64,000 nt of DNA from Vicugna vicugna (GCA_013265495.1 MU058844.1:3295819-3359818), one strand, 5' to 3'; shown: positions 51,072-63,519, counted from the first letter of the stretch. Translations and numbers: made by a program. Notes: generated from the letters alone by a model not told the origin.

Positions 51072-51221
51072 AGGCGGGGAGGGTATATATAGGTCAGTGG
51101 TAGAGTGCATGCCTAGCATGCACAAGGTCGTGGGTTCAATCCCTAGTGTCTTCTATTTAAAAAAAAAATTAAATAAGTAAACCTAATTACTTCCACCCCC
51201 CCCAAAAAAGTTTAAAAAAAT
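51072..51221 (+). mobile_element. vic-1-like SINE, copy 2 (tandem duplicate)
   Basis: 164-bp period; differs from copy 1 at 3 positions in the C-rich tail. Confidence 0.88.
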
Positions 51222-51539
51222 AAAAAGCACAAACATAAGGAATTTATCAGGCACTCACATTTCAGAATAGACTTTCTGGAAAAAATTAATTAAACATAGA
51301 TGTTGGATGCATCTACTTTTACCACATGGATAGATTATGAGATACATTATTTGTTAGAAATATATGTCCAGTGCTAAGTTATTACTCTTTTATTGCTCTC
51401 TGGGCTTGAATATTGATGCTGTTATGTCTGTAAGGATTATCTCACAGAAAGTAGGAATAAGCTTGCTGAAGAATCACTCCATTTAAATTCAGAGGTAAAG
51501 AACTCGCACATCTGTGGGTGAGTGTTATTCTGTATCCCT

Positions 51540-53290
51540 TCCCATCCCAGTTCTGTTCTCAGCACCTCTCTTCCTTGCAGAAGCAGATGACTCAGACTTC
51601 CTACTGTTTCCCGCCATACCTCTGGCCTCAGGGAATTCTGCAGAAAAAAATCAGAAGACAGGGGGCCGCTGCCCTGATGTAAGGATAGATCTGTCTAGGG
51701 TGGCTCTGCAAGTCAGAGGGAAATCTCCCAGTGGAGAGAACTTTGGGCACTATGTCTGGTTGACGTGAAAAAAGAGATAACTTGAGTTTCGTGAAATACA
51801 CTGTTTCATGGGTAGTGGGTAATGGGTTGGCCAACTAATCAGGTACTTTTTAAAACATTAATTGGAAGATTGATGCCAAGATCATGTGAAGGGAAATTAT
51901 GTCATGGACCTCTAGGAATGACCACAGTCCATGGAGCTACTTGAGCCCCGTGTTGGTGCCCCTCAGGGGACACCCACTGCATGGAAGGCTAAGTAAGGAG
52001 ATGGCCAGGATGGCCTCAGCCTGGTTTGTCAGTGAGCCTCCTCCCTGGCCGTCTCTGTGGTTGCATAAATGCCCCACGTCCCAGGAGCTGTGGGAGCAGC
52101 GATGGAGGCACAAACATGCACTTCCTCTCCCCACAGCTGATCTGGCCACAGCTGCTGCGGAGGGTCCAACCTTCTAAACCAGAAGCCAGCGCTGAGCCCA
52201 TATTTGGCACTGTCTCCTGTGAGTGCCAGCCACTCAGTTTCATTATTTTAGACCACTCCATTTTGAAAAGGGCGGTGAGGTGTCTTTAGGGAATGGTTGC
52301 ACACTCTGGAGTGTGAGCCCCCTTTCCTGCCCACAGTGCTTCTGCCAGCACCAGCATATGTGTTCGGGAGGCAGCCTGATTCCAACCCCAGGTATCACTC
52401 GCATCATTGCCTCTGACTGAGGAGCTCCTTGACAGTAAAATAACTGTGATACTGAGCTTACATCTTGAAATCCATGGTTTTTACATCACCTGCAAGCACC
52501 TGGCTTGGTGGATGATAAAATGACATATTGAAAGCTTGATTTATAAAGCCGGGAGGAGACAACATCCCACTGTGAGGTTGGGGTGTTCTTCAAGTGGTCA
52601 GATTGAGGGTCAATACAAGATGTTGAGTGAATGGCTCCGGGAACCCAGGAGTGGAGGTGGGAGTGGCTTCTCTCCCTGTAACCCTTCATAACCTGCTTCA
52701 AGAAGGTTTTCTTCCTGTCCCTGAAATGGTGTATCTAGTGAATTTGAGGTCCTTTTGCCAGACAGAGAGGGGATATTTCCACTAGACAACACTGCAGTTG
52801 CCACCTGGCTGTTTCAGGCTGCTCGGGACACTATTCAGGGGCAGAGAGTTGGGTGCCTGTGTGGGCTGGTGGGAGTGATTCTGCTTATCAAGGAGAAACT
52901 GGATTGTGGCTACAAAGTGTGGACAACGCCACGTCTGGAGCCCGTGGGATTTACTGCCTTCCCTGTCCAACAGTCATAGTCAATGGGACCAGTGCAACTC
53001 GATAAAGACAGGGCACTAAGCGCTGGGTCCTGCGGGGCTGGAGGTGTGGCTGCTCCCTCAGGCAAGACGCCTTCGCTGCCAAGGCGCCAGTGGAGGGGGA
53101 GGGCGTTATGGAATGAGTTGGAGAAGAAGGAAGTCAGCGTTGCCACGTTAGATCTGCTCAGATGCGGGGCTCTGGCCTCTGCATGTCATTGTAATGGTTT
53201 CTTTGTCACTCCTTCCTGGCTGCCTGGCACCTGGTGGTGGATGCCGCCACAGTGTAGTTTCCAGAAAGGAGAGGACTGAACTGTGTCACC
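51540..53290 (+). mobile_element. Decayed ERVL internal region: pol RNase H, integrase, dUTPase-like
   Basis: gggaaatctcccagtggagagaactt and tacactgtttcatgggtagtgggtaatgggttggc (RNase H); gctgatctggccacagctgctgcggagggtccaacct and attgcctctgactgaggagctc (integrase); ggatatttccactagac...tgccacctggc (dUTPase); many stops and frameshifts. Confidence 0.78.
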
Positions 53291-53369
53291 CTCAGTGACG
53301 AGACTGAGTATCCCCAGTGTTGGGGACTGAGACTCTTCAGCTGAGGAAAGGACGAGAATGGAAGCTGGC

Positions 53370-53745
53370 TGACAACAGAGTGGCCTGGGCCGGTTATTCT
53401 CAGCTGTTTTCTCAGCCCTTCCTGGCCAGGCTCTGTGGCCTGGGACGCTGACCTGCTCCCCATGCCCTCTGACTGGGAGGCACTGACAAGAGGCGGGAGG
53501 GCGGGAGGAGGGCCAGGTCAGGGGTGCCTCCCCCCGCGCGCTCCCCGCCTGGCCTCACCACAGCCCGGGCAGAGGCTCTCAGCAGGCCTCCGGGGGTGAG
53601 GGCTAATCTCTGGGTGTCTCCCCAGATCTGGTCGGTTCCGTTAACCCTGCCCACGCCTCTGTAAATAATCCCTGCATGAAATGCTTTCCAGTTAAACCCC
53701 TGTGAGGGTGCCAGCTGTTTCCTGCCAAGATGTCAATGGATAGAG
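53370..53745 (+). mobile_element. LTR33/LTR41-like 3' LTR of the ERVL remnant
   Basis: taaccctgcccacgcctctgtaaataatccctgcatgaaa...gggtgccagctgtttcctgcc lies directly downstream of the ERVL internal sequence. Confidence 0.7.
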
Positions 53746-54599
53746 GGGGAAAGTGCTGAGAAGGGGCAGTGCTGCACCGCGGGCTGCTGTGAGGGGAAGG
53801 GGACTCACAGGCCAGAAAGGCCAGCGTGTTGCAGCAGGCCAGAATACACGCCTTTTCACAGGCTGAAGAAAACAGTATCTCTACTGGTCAGAGTTCATGG
53901 TTTATTTATTTATTGTTTAAAGTGTTGTCAGGCAATAAAGGTGTTAGAAAAAATTTTTTTACGTTAAAAAAAATGGAAAAATAAAGTGTAATCAAGTAGA
54001 AAAAGCCCGTGAAGCTAACTGGATTCTGCCTAAGACTGATGGGTTTCTTCAGATGCAGGATGACACCGTCAGCGCTAAAACTGGGAGAGTCTGGGACAAA
54101 CCGGGACGGGTGGTTACCATTATCGGTGACTTTAGTCAGGACCCCTGAGTCCTTCCCAGATGCCTCTGCTGAAGGGACATTCCAGGCAAAAGAACACTGT
54201 TCCAGAACCCTCTGCTCCCTCCCATCTGTCCTCTATTGATGGCAGACGCCACTGATCATGCATGGCATTCTTCCTCATTAGCCCTACGTGCAGTCTGAGA
54301 ATCCTTAGCCCAGTGGTTCAGGCAGCCAGTGTCAACTGCTCTGAGTTGGAATGCTGGGCAAGAACCTGTCTGCCACCTTGGAAATAGAGCTTTGACCCCA
54401 AACCCAACAGCTGCTCTGGACCAAGCAGAGCCTCCAGAACTCCTTTGCCCCTTAACCCTGGACCTTGCCACAGTAGCAGACAATGTGGCCTCCTGGGCTC
54501 CTTCACACCCGACCAAGAGCCTGATCTTGTCTCTCTCTGTGTCTCTCCATCTATTGTCAAAGGCTGACAGTGTGTTGTTAGAACAGCAGCTCACACCTT

Positions 54600-54760
54600 G
54601 CACATTAACAACATGCCTAGCATCATTCTAAGTGTATTTATCTATTACCTGTAGTATAGAGACGAGGAAACAGAAAGTGATCTAAGGGACTGGCCCTGGG
54701 TCACACAGGTAGCATGTAGTAGATTCAGGACTTGCATCTGCCCAGTCAGGCTCTGAAATC
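54600..54760 (-). mobile_element. MIR SINE
   Basis: atagagacgaggaaacaga...ggactggccctgggtcacacaggtag. Confidence 0.6.
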
Positions 54761-55469
54761 TCTTAGGTGTTACTCTGCAGGGCCGCTCACCTTATTCACC
54801 TGGGCGTCCCTGACACCCGGCTCAGAGCTTGGCAGGTAATCAGTATTCAGTCATTAAATAGGTGCTTAAAATTGTTAAATGAAGATAAATCCTAACAGAA
54901 AGCTTTCTCTCTTTTTAAGCCTCCTTTTCTCTGGAGCCTGCCATGGTTTTATTAGGCTTCTAAGCAAGGGCAGCCTTTGACCCAGCTGCTTAAAAACCAG
55001 CAGCCTGGGAGGAAACAAAAAGGAATGGTCCGATGTAATGTAGGTCCAATCCAGGCACTCTCAGTCCCCTAACCTATAAAATGGAAATTAAAATGGCATT
55101 TACCTCAGAGAGTTGTACTACATGCTGGACTAAAACTTGGCACACAGTGAATAACAGTGTTAGCTTTGATTGCTTTCATTGGTATTACTACAAATCAGTC
55201 CAAACGTAGTAAATCTAAGTGCAAAGGGGAAATCTCCCATTCTGGGAGCAATCCCTTGCCACCTCCGAGTTCCCCTGGCTGAGGGCTCTTTCCCTGGAGT
55301 CTCTTTGGTCCGCAGTCTGTTTCCTCGCTGGACTGAGGAAGGAAAGAAATCCTTGAGCTCCCTCTAGAGGCCGGTGGTGCTCCAACTCTGAAATCTTCGA
55401 TGACGTCCTGGGACCCACAGGATGCTTTTTGAGATTTTGTTTATTCCTCCAGATGTTTGTCCCCTGTTC

Positions 55470-55813
55470 TGTGCTGGATGTGTTCTGTTTGTCCCTCTGT
55501 ACCTCTCTATCATTCTCCACTGTGCTCTGGCCCCAGGATGCTGACCTGTAGAGATTGCATCCATTGGCTCCCTTGCCCACTGACTTCTAGCAAAGTCCTA
55601 TCATGCAGACTCCGAGATCTCTGGTGCCTTGGTGGCTCCCCACGTACTCCCTTCAGATCTAGGGACGGAGATGGCTTTGTGCTGTTATTACCCACCATAA
55701 CACAGCACATCTCAGTTGTTTCCCTTAATCCTGCCCACACCATTGTAAATAGTCCCTCTGTTAAGCTCTCCTCAGTCTATGGCATCTGGCTCCTGACAGA
55801 TTCTACTCGTACA
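55470..55813 (+). mobile_element. LTR33 solo LTR
   Basis: tgtgctggatgtgttctgtttgtccctc...ccccaggatgctgacct...cctgcccacaccattgtaaatagtccct. Confidence 0.8.
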
Positions 55814-56209
55814 GGTTGACACTCTCATCTCTCTCTCACCTCCCCGGTACCCTGCATTCCAAAGGCCCATCTGCTTACAGTTTCCACAATATAATCATGC
55901 TGCTTAGCGCTATAGGATTCTCACATTCACTCATCCATCTGCAGTGCCCTTACACACTCCATGTCCAACCCCAGTACAATCCACTCTCCTCCCTGCCTCT
56001 ACCCGACCCCAGTCCCTTTTCCTCTTTAGAGGTCATGGCTCAATGGCCACATCTTCTATTCAGTTCTTCCTGATCTCCTGCGGTGTACAGTTTTTCACTC
56101 ATCATGTCAGCATCCATGATATTTCCATCCTACTGGGTAGCAGCCTTGCATTTTGGCTGGGTTTCCCTTTTCTCTACTGTCTGTGGAGGATCCTGGGTAG
56201 TTTAATTAT

Positions 56210-56570
56210 GTTCCATTGACTGGATTAATTAATACAAGCCTAATCCAGCCAAAACATGACATTTCCCTGGCCACAGGGATTTCTTCACAGGTGTTCCACT
56301 CAGCAGGAAACTGAGGATCTTTGATCACTAGTTTCAGGAAGCGAGGCTCTCCCCTTCAGAAGTGAACAGGAAACATGTAGTTACATCTGCTGCTGGTTGC
56401 CGTCTTGTAACCAAGAAGAACGCCAGCCTGAGGAAGAAGCTAGCAAGGATGGAGGCAGAGCCGAGACAACCACTGGGAAACAGAGCCATGGCCTCGATTA
56501 AACTGGGCCCATGTCAGTGACGCAAAGCCAGCCTGAGATAGGTTTTTCAGTTACACAAACTAAAAATATC
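56210..56570 (+). mobile_element. MLT1K/L-like MaLR LTR
   Basis: ttccctggccacagggat...gccagcctgaggaagaagc...ggaggcagagccgaga...aagccagcctgagataggtttttcagttac. Confidence 0.7.
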
Positions 56571-58499
56571 AGCAGCATTTATGTTAACAAAAAAGCAAGA
56601 TTTGTAGTGTGCACTTAGCAGACAACTTAATACTTTTCTTCTGCCCATTCAAACTCACCCAAAGGGCTATTTCTTCCTCTGTCCTTGGATAGAATCTTGG
56701 TGGGGTGCCGGGGGAGAGGGGAGCCCCATACTTTATCTGTTTTTCCTGATAATAAAATGTCTTCCACTCACCTTTAATTCAACACAGTTTTACTTCAGTA
56801 ATTAAAATATCCATCTCTATGTAATGATTAAACCTCTGAAATTCATTCACCATTCAAGCCTCTTCCTTCCCCCAACTCCATCCCCTAAGAGGTGAACTGG
56901 GTGTTGAATGGGAGAAAGGAATGTTTCTATTTCCCCACCTAATGGAAAGAGTAGCAGATTTTTGTCTCTATTTCCCCCTTCTTCCCACTTGCTAAGAGGT
57001 CTCTGGCTCCTCCTGGGTTGCAGCAGAAGAGGGAGGAAAGGTATGAAACAAGGAAGATCTTCCTTGTGTGGACACTTCGAAGTAACGTGGTGATGGTTCC
57101 TGCCCTTCAGATGTTTAAAATCAGCTCTCCGTGAGTTTGGCCCAGAGAGAGCTGTTCTCATGGGCACTTTCCTGGGTTCTCAGAGGACCTCACTGGGGAC
57201 ACTCAGCTGGACTCTCTGTGATGTGGGCAAAGCACTTTCCTTTATACGTCACTCTCATTTCCTCCCCAGATCCCAGGACTCTGGCAGTCCATCCTCTTGT
57301 TGGGTCTGTGGCCTCTCTTCAGGCTCTCAGCCTGCAGGCCAGCCCTCTTCCTCTCTGCCACCCATACAGCTCACAGGTGGTTCTGGAGAGGTGCTCCTGT
57401 ACCCTGGCCCCCACCCTCACAGGGAAAACAGCCTGCTCCCAGGGCAGTCTGGGCTCTGCCCTCACAGTGGCCACCACATCCTTTTGGTTTTTGACTTCAT
57501 AGGCATGTGCCACATCGCAGTCACTGGACTCAGCAAACCCCAAACATTACCTATCCGGAGGATAGCTTAATCTCCTCTTGGCAGGCTTGAGGGGAGGGAG
57601 GGATATCCCCTACCCATTCCCCGACAGGCATGGGCAACGGGGCTGAGACACCAACACAAGGATACACTCTTCAAAAATAATGCTCTTATTTCCAGACTCA
57701 CCCCTGAGATGGATATTTGCTGAGAGTCACAGAACTGGCCTCGCCTTGCAAGTCCTGCACAGGTGTCTCAATTCTTCCCTTTCAGATGTGGACTAATCAC
57801 CACCATTGTGATCAGCCTTCAGCAGAGAGGCAGGAAGAATCACTCTGTAACATCCTAACCCACATCCACGCATCAGCCCAGGTAAGAATTCGCTGCTGTG
57901 GAGATGAATCCTGTAGAGATGTTCCTTCAGGTATTGACAGCACATCGATACACTCGAGTACATCAATTCCTCTACTGAACTGTAAACTTGGAAAGTTAGG
58001 GACCGAATCAGGTGAACAAAGCTGGAGGCTCGTGAACCAAATCCAGCCTGGGGGACTGGGCTAACTCATTCTCCAGCTCCAGTTTGTTGCATAGGGAGGG
58101 ACTGCCCTGGTGGTGAGGGTGTTGCAGGTTGGCCAGGAGAGTAGGAGAGGGGGCGGGGCACACAGCTCTGCCTCTGCCCGGCTCCTCCCTCTTCACGTCT
58201 GTCTGTCTGGAAAGAGGGAATATTCTAGTTTGCTCTCTTGATTGTAGGGTAAACTCTGCTTTGTTGGGGTGAAGGGCTGGATTGGGGGAGGCTATGGTTG
58301 GTTCATTTCAGGAGCCTGGTAGCAATCCTGTTTGGTTGTATACTTAACATGTAAGCCAAATCCTTTACTGTTGCAGCATCAGTGGTATCAAGGCTGGCTT
58401 TTCACCTCCATCTCTCTGAACCCTGTAGGGCCCAACTGCTTCTCCATTCAGGTGGGAAAGGGAGTTCTTATTTGAGGACACTCTTATCACCATCACAAT

Positions 58500-58725
58500 C
58501 CACAGACATGATTTTTCCCCCCACGTAGTCTTTAAATTTTTTCCAAATCAGTTTACAGCTTTTAAAATGTGGGAGAATTGAACTAAAAGCCTAGATTTCC
58601 AGCTTATCATGATAATTTCAGTGGTTCGGTGACATGCGTTCCTCACAGCAACCATTTCTGAAACTGAGTAGCAGCGGCCCCCTTTAGGTGAGAGAGGCAG
58701 GCACTGTTCAGTTCTCCCCACTGCC
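58500..58725 (+). mobile_element. MER102-like hAT element
   Basis: ttttaaaatgtgggagaatt...ctagatttccagctt...ctgagtagcagcggccccctttag. Confidence 0.65.
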
Positions 58726-58733
58726 AGTCGGGC

Positions 58734-58892
58734 TAGAGTCCCTGGATTTAGCAAATAAAAATGCACGATGTCCCGTTTTAAAGTTGAAGTTCAGATAAAC
58801 AGCGATTTGATTTTATCTTACCATTTTCAATGTATGTTCTGTGTAATTTGCACAGTTCAGTTAGGGCTCCTGTGTTTCATCTGGTAACCTTA
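58734..58892 (+). mobile_element. MER53 (palindromic hAT MITE), internally deleted
   Basis: ggatttagcaaataaaaatgcacgatgtccc...ttgaagttcagataaacagcga...ctcctgtgtttcatctggtaacctta. Confidence 0.78.
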
Positions 58893-59149
58893 CAGTCTAG
58901 CCTGTCTCATTTTTGTTATTTGCTTGGACCTAGAAGGTAAGTGAGTTTTCTACCCTTGTACTCATTTTTACTTATATTTTTATCTAAAATATTGCCTGGT
59001 TCCTAGTAGTGTGCTTAATCATGTTTGTAACATGAATACATCAGAGTAGTGTGAGGACCAGAATCATATGCTATAGAGAGTGTCACTAAGCGCACAAGAT
59101 GGATAAAATGTCGTAACATCTCACTGAGTTCATTTTGAAGAAGATGACA

Positions 59150-59335
59150 CGTTTGTGGTTGCGGGCCAGCCCTGGCCTGGAATTCTGGAGCATTGCATTG
59201 CGGGCTCGGCTCCATCAGGGTATAGCCGAATGGACTTGGGAAAGTCCGTGAGCCTTCACTGGATCTCTAGTTTTTCATCTTTAACAGGAGGGAATTGAAA
59301 GACTTTCCAGGGTCTCTACCAAAGCTAATGTTTTG
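59150..59335 (+). mobile_element. MIR/MIR3 SINE followed by (GTT)n (~59338-59368)
   Basis: gacttgggaaagtc...ctctagtttttcatctttaacaggagggaattg. Confidence 0.55.
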
Positions 59336-59954
59336 GGGTTTGTTGTTGTTGTTGTTGTTGTTGTTGTTCTGAATATTCATCAGGAAAAAATTAGCATGTG
59401 CAGAATTTGACAGCAGTATTTGTCAGCAGCAGCAGGAGAAAAGTCACTTAGTGACTCTGAATTGGTGATAATAAATCAGCTCACATTTGAATAGGTTACT
59501 TTTTCATGTCTGCAGGCACTATTCAGGAACTCCTGTCTAACACAGGAAATAGAAGCTTGGAAGAGTATATAGTATATTGCTTTTTTTCACTGGTGTATAC
59601 ATTTATCAAAATTAATCGAATTGTGCATCTGAAATATGTGTAGTTTACTGTATAGGAATCATACAATACAGGTGTTAGGAAAAAAAAGACGCCATTAACT
59701 ATCCACTGTGATTTTATAAGAGCTACTTAGTGGGTAAATATATAAATGATCACACCTCATACCAAGTCAAAAAACTAAAACTGATTTTTTTTTTAGTTTG
59801 TCTTATAATGAAGAAACTATGGTATATAAGGTGAGTTGAGGGAATTGCCAATTATTTGAAACACTATGGATACCAGGAGGAGATCTGCCCATAGCGGTGA
59901 AACAACATTATTCTAACAAGTGCCAGGCACTGTGCTAAGTGCTTTCATTGAAAT

Positions 59955-60176
59955 CAAGGTTTCTCAGCTTTGGCACTATTGACATTTGGGGCCGGATGGT
60001 TGTGAGGGGCTGTCCTCTGCATTGTGGGATATTTAGCAACATCCTTGATTTCCACCCAGTAGAAGCCAGGAGCACCCACACCCCTAGTTGTGACAATCAT
60101 AAATGAATCTCTCTAGACATTGTCAAATGTCCCCAGGGGCGGGGGGGAGTGGATTGTCGCTAGTTAAGCACCACTG
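59955..60176 (+). mobile_element. MER20 (hAT-Charlie) with 8-bp TSD
   Basis: caaggtttctcagctttggcactattgacatttgggg...ctagacattgtcaaatgtcccc...aagcaccactg; TSD attgaaat / atttaaat. Confidence 0.9.
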
Positions 60177-60904
60177 ATTTAAATGATCCGCTTGAACTGA
60201 GTAGTTCGCATAACCCAGCACAGTAAGGTCCCTGCTGTCTCCATTGTGTGGAGGACTTGCTGTGGTCAGTGCCGACCTGAGAGGGAGTCTCCCCGTCTCT
60301 CATTGTTTCTCACTTAGCTTTCAGGGTGCCCAAGCAGTGCAGCCTGTGCCGGATGCCTCACCAGACTCAGTCAGAAACAGCTTCTGCTTCTCCCTGTCCC
60401 CTCTCTCCCTGAGACTCCGGCCAAGTCCCTGGGACTGGGGAAGCTAACAGACCACACTGCTGTGCTCTGTCCTGCCTCCCTTCTCCCTTTGCTGATAAGA
60501 GAGTGTTTACCCAGGAGATAGAGGGATAAGTCTCCAACTGCTATTAAACACTTTCTATCTGCCAGGCAGCAGATGGTAATAATACCTGTATTAGCTCTGT
60601 GGTGCTAAATTCTAAAATGAATGACTCTCATTTATCTTATGGAAATGAATGGAAATTTCCAGGCCACTCTCCGAGCTTTTCTCTTTCCAATTACTTACTC
60701 CTCTTGACTTGAAAACACTTCTGGTACTTAACTTTTCACTAGCATAAACATAGTTGAGTCCTTTACTAATCAGTTATATCTTGTTTGTAATGTTTTCATT
60801 CTGATCCCATGAGGATTACTGATAGAAAGTTTATATTAATATATATAACTATGTATATATATGTATAAAATAAGTGATTATCTGTGTTTATTCATTTAAA
60901 GAAG

Positions 60905-62120
60905 TATTTTTATTTTGTTATTTTTAAGTATGAAAATCAGTGGTTTTTAATATATTTTTCAAGTTGTGAAACTGTCACCATTGTTTAATTCCAGAACATT
61001 TTCATTATCCCCCAAAGAAGTCCCTTTCTCATTAGTAGTCACTCCTCATTCTTTCCTTCCCCCCAGGCCTTGGCAACCACAAATCCTCCTTCTGTCTCTG
61101 TGGATTTGTCTATTCTAAACATTTCTTATGAATGGAATTGAATATTGTTTACTGGCTTTTTTCACCTAGCATAATGTTTTCATGTTTCATCTCTGTTGTA
61201 GCACGAATCATTCCTTTTTATTGCTGGATAATATTCCATTGTATGGATGTACCACATTTTGTTTACCCATTAATCAGTTGATGGACATGTAGGTTATTTC
61301 TACCTTCCGCTATTATGAGGAATACTGCTATGAACATCTGTGCACCAACAGTGCAAAAGGGTTCCCTATTCTCCACATTCTTACCAACACATGTTATCTC
61401 TTGTCCTCTTGTTGATAGCCATTCTAACAAGTGTGTATGCTGATTTCACATCCTGTAACTTTATCAAATTTGCTTATTAGGTCTAACAGTTTTTTAGTAG
61501 AGTCTTTAGGATGTTCTATGTACAGGATCATATCACCAGCAAACAGACAACTTTACTTCTTCTCTTCCCACTTAGATACCTTATATTTCTTTTTCTTGCC
61601 TAATTGCTCTGTCTAGGACTTCCACTACTCTGTTGAACAGGAGTGGTGAGAGAGGGCACCCCTTGTCTTGTTCCTGATCTTGGAGGGAAAGCTTTCAGCC
61701 TTTCACAGTTGAGTATGATATTAGCTCTGGGTTTCTCATATGTGGCCTTTATGATCTTGAGGTATATTTCTTCTACTTCTAATCTGTTGAGAGTTTTTAT
61801 CATAAAAGTATATAGAATTTTGCCAAGTGCTTTTTTTCTATGTCTATTAAGATGATCGTATGATTTTTGTCTTTCATTCTTCTAATGTGGTATATCATAT
61901 TTATTGATTTGCATATGTTGAAATATCCTTGCAACCTAGGATTATTCATCTTTTTGATTATAGCCATCCTAGTAGCTGTGAAGTAGTATCTCATTGTGGT
62001 TTTGATTTTCATTTCTCCAGTTACTAATGATGTTGGGCATACTTTCATGTGCTTATTGGCCATTTATACATCTTCTTTAGTGAAATGTCTTTTGAAATCA
62101 TTTGTCTGTTTTTTAGTTGT
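60905..62120 (-). mobile_element. Mosaic of L1M fragments (L1MB-like 3' end plus an ORF2 RT piece)
   Basis: 3' UTR ccccaggccttggcaaccac; minus-strand remnants [32 protein letters not shown] and [26 protein letters not shown] are L1 ORF2-derived. Confidence 0.88.
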
Positions 62121-62974
62121 GAGGCATACATGTTTGAAGAAAAATAAAAGTGTAACATGATAATAGAATGAAAGGGGGCATGATTTAAAAAAAAAAAAAA
62201 AAGCTTGTGAGACCTAAACGAAGTAAAAGAAGGGGGTCATGCAAAGATTTTAGAGAGGTCAAGGCAGAGGGAACAGCAAGGGCTAGGAAGAAATAAAACA
62301 TGGTAATTGTGTAGGGAATGACTGGAAAGAGGAGCCACACTAGGGCAGTCTCTGAAGCTCTTTGAGGAGTGTCACTTAAGCAAAGGCCTGCCAGCCATCT
62401 TCAATTCCATCTTCCCCTTCATCCCTCTTACAGTCGCTTGACAAGTCCTAGAGATGCTTCACATCAACTGGCCTTCCAATGCATAAGCTTATGATTAGGA
62501 TGGAGATGGAAAGGAGTGGGGCATGTAATACCTTTTCTTCCTAATGGGAAAAAAGAAAATTCTTACAAGTGGAAACCTGATACAACTGTCAAAATACATG
62601 GAATCAGCTAGGTAGATTGTGAGTTCATGGTTTTATTTGTTCTGAAACGGTAAAAGCTACATCCTTAAAAAAAAATCTATATTAAACTGTAAGCCCTAAA
62701 ATAGGAGTTACCAGTGTCTCAAGGCATATCAGAAAACCATTTATCAACAGGTACTATTGGTTTAGGACCAAGGACAGCATTTCACAGTTTTTCTGCCCCC
62801 TCCCTTCATTTTGCTTATGTCACACTTGCACACATCTATCAATTTCTCTACATTCCTACTGCCAGTATTCCAATAATTCCAGAATGCCCCATGTATTTCT
62901 AAGTGCCCTCTATTCTACTGAAATTCATCCCATGAATGGGGTGCCTTTATTTGTGTGTTTTCTTCCCCTTCAAA

Positions 62975-63210
62975 ACTTTTTTTTTTCAATTGTGGTAAGA
63001 TAGACACAACATAAAATCTACTATTTAACCATTTATATGTGTATAGTTCAGTGACACCAAGTATGTTCACATTGTTGTGCAACTATTACCATCTTCCACC
63101 TCCAGAACACCTTCATCTTTGCAAACTGAAACTGTTTCCATTAAATAGTAACTCCGCATCTCCTTCTCCCCCTCATTCCCTCGCAAATGCCATTTTACTC
63201 CCTATCTCCT
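62975..63210 (-). mobile_element. L1MB-like 3' end
   Basis: aattgtggtaaga...ataaaatctactatttaaccattt...gttcacattgttgtgcaac...aaactgaaactg. Confidence 0.8.
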
Positions 63211-63254
63211 GTCCCCCCACCCCCACCACTTTTTACTAAGTCTGCTGATTGCTA

Positions 63255-63410
63255 CAGAATGATTCATGGATAGTAATAAGCATGGCACCTAGGAAATATA
63301 AATGCAATCCTTAGACTCCAGACCTACTGAACTAGAAGCTCTCAACTGGGACCCAACAATCTGCATTTTAACAAGTCCTTCAGGTAATCCAAATGCCCAT
63401 TTCCTGCAGG
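63255..63410 (+). mobile_element. MER5A
   Basis: aaatgcaatccttagactccagacctactgaactaga...aatctgcattttaacaag. Confidence 0.7.
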
Positions 63411-63519
63411 AGTTTACTGCTAGGGCTTAAGTATTGGCCTGGGGGAGGTATGTGGTTGGATATGAAATAAGACTTGGTTTCAGGCTCAGACCATGTAGCC
63501 ACAAAGTGCATTTTAAAGA

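Noticed and set aside
50894..51235. CRISPR-like repeat-spacer pattern
   Set aside because: The spacers are near-identical SINE copies, the repeats are TSDs, the DNA is mammalian and there are no cas genes.
57130..57720. Overlapping ORFs (123 and 136 aa) in a GC-richer stretch
   Set aside because: No recognisable protein or splice structure; possibly a very old LTR that I could not assign.
61600..62063. ORFs with reverse-transcriptase-like peptides
   Set aside because: Short frameshifted L1 ORF2 remnants, not an intact RT, retron or domesticated gene.
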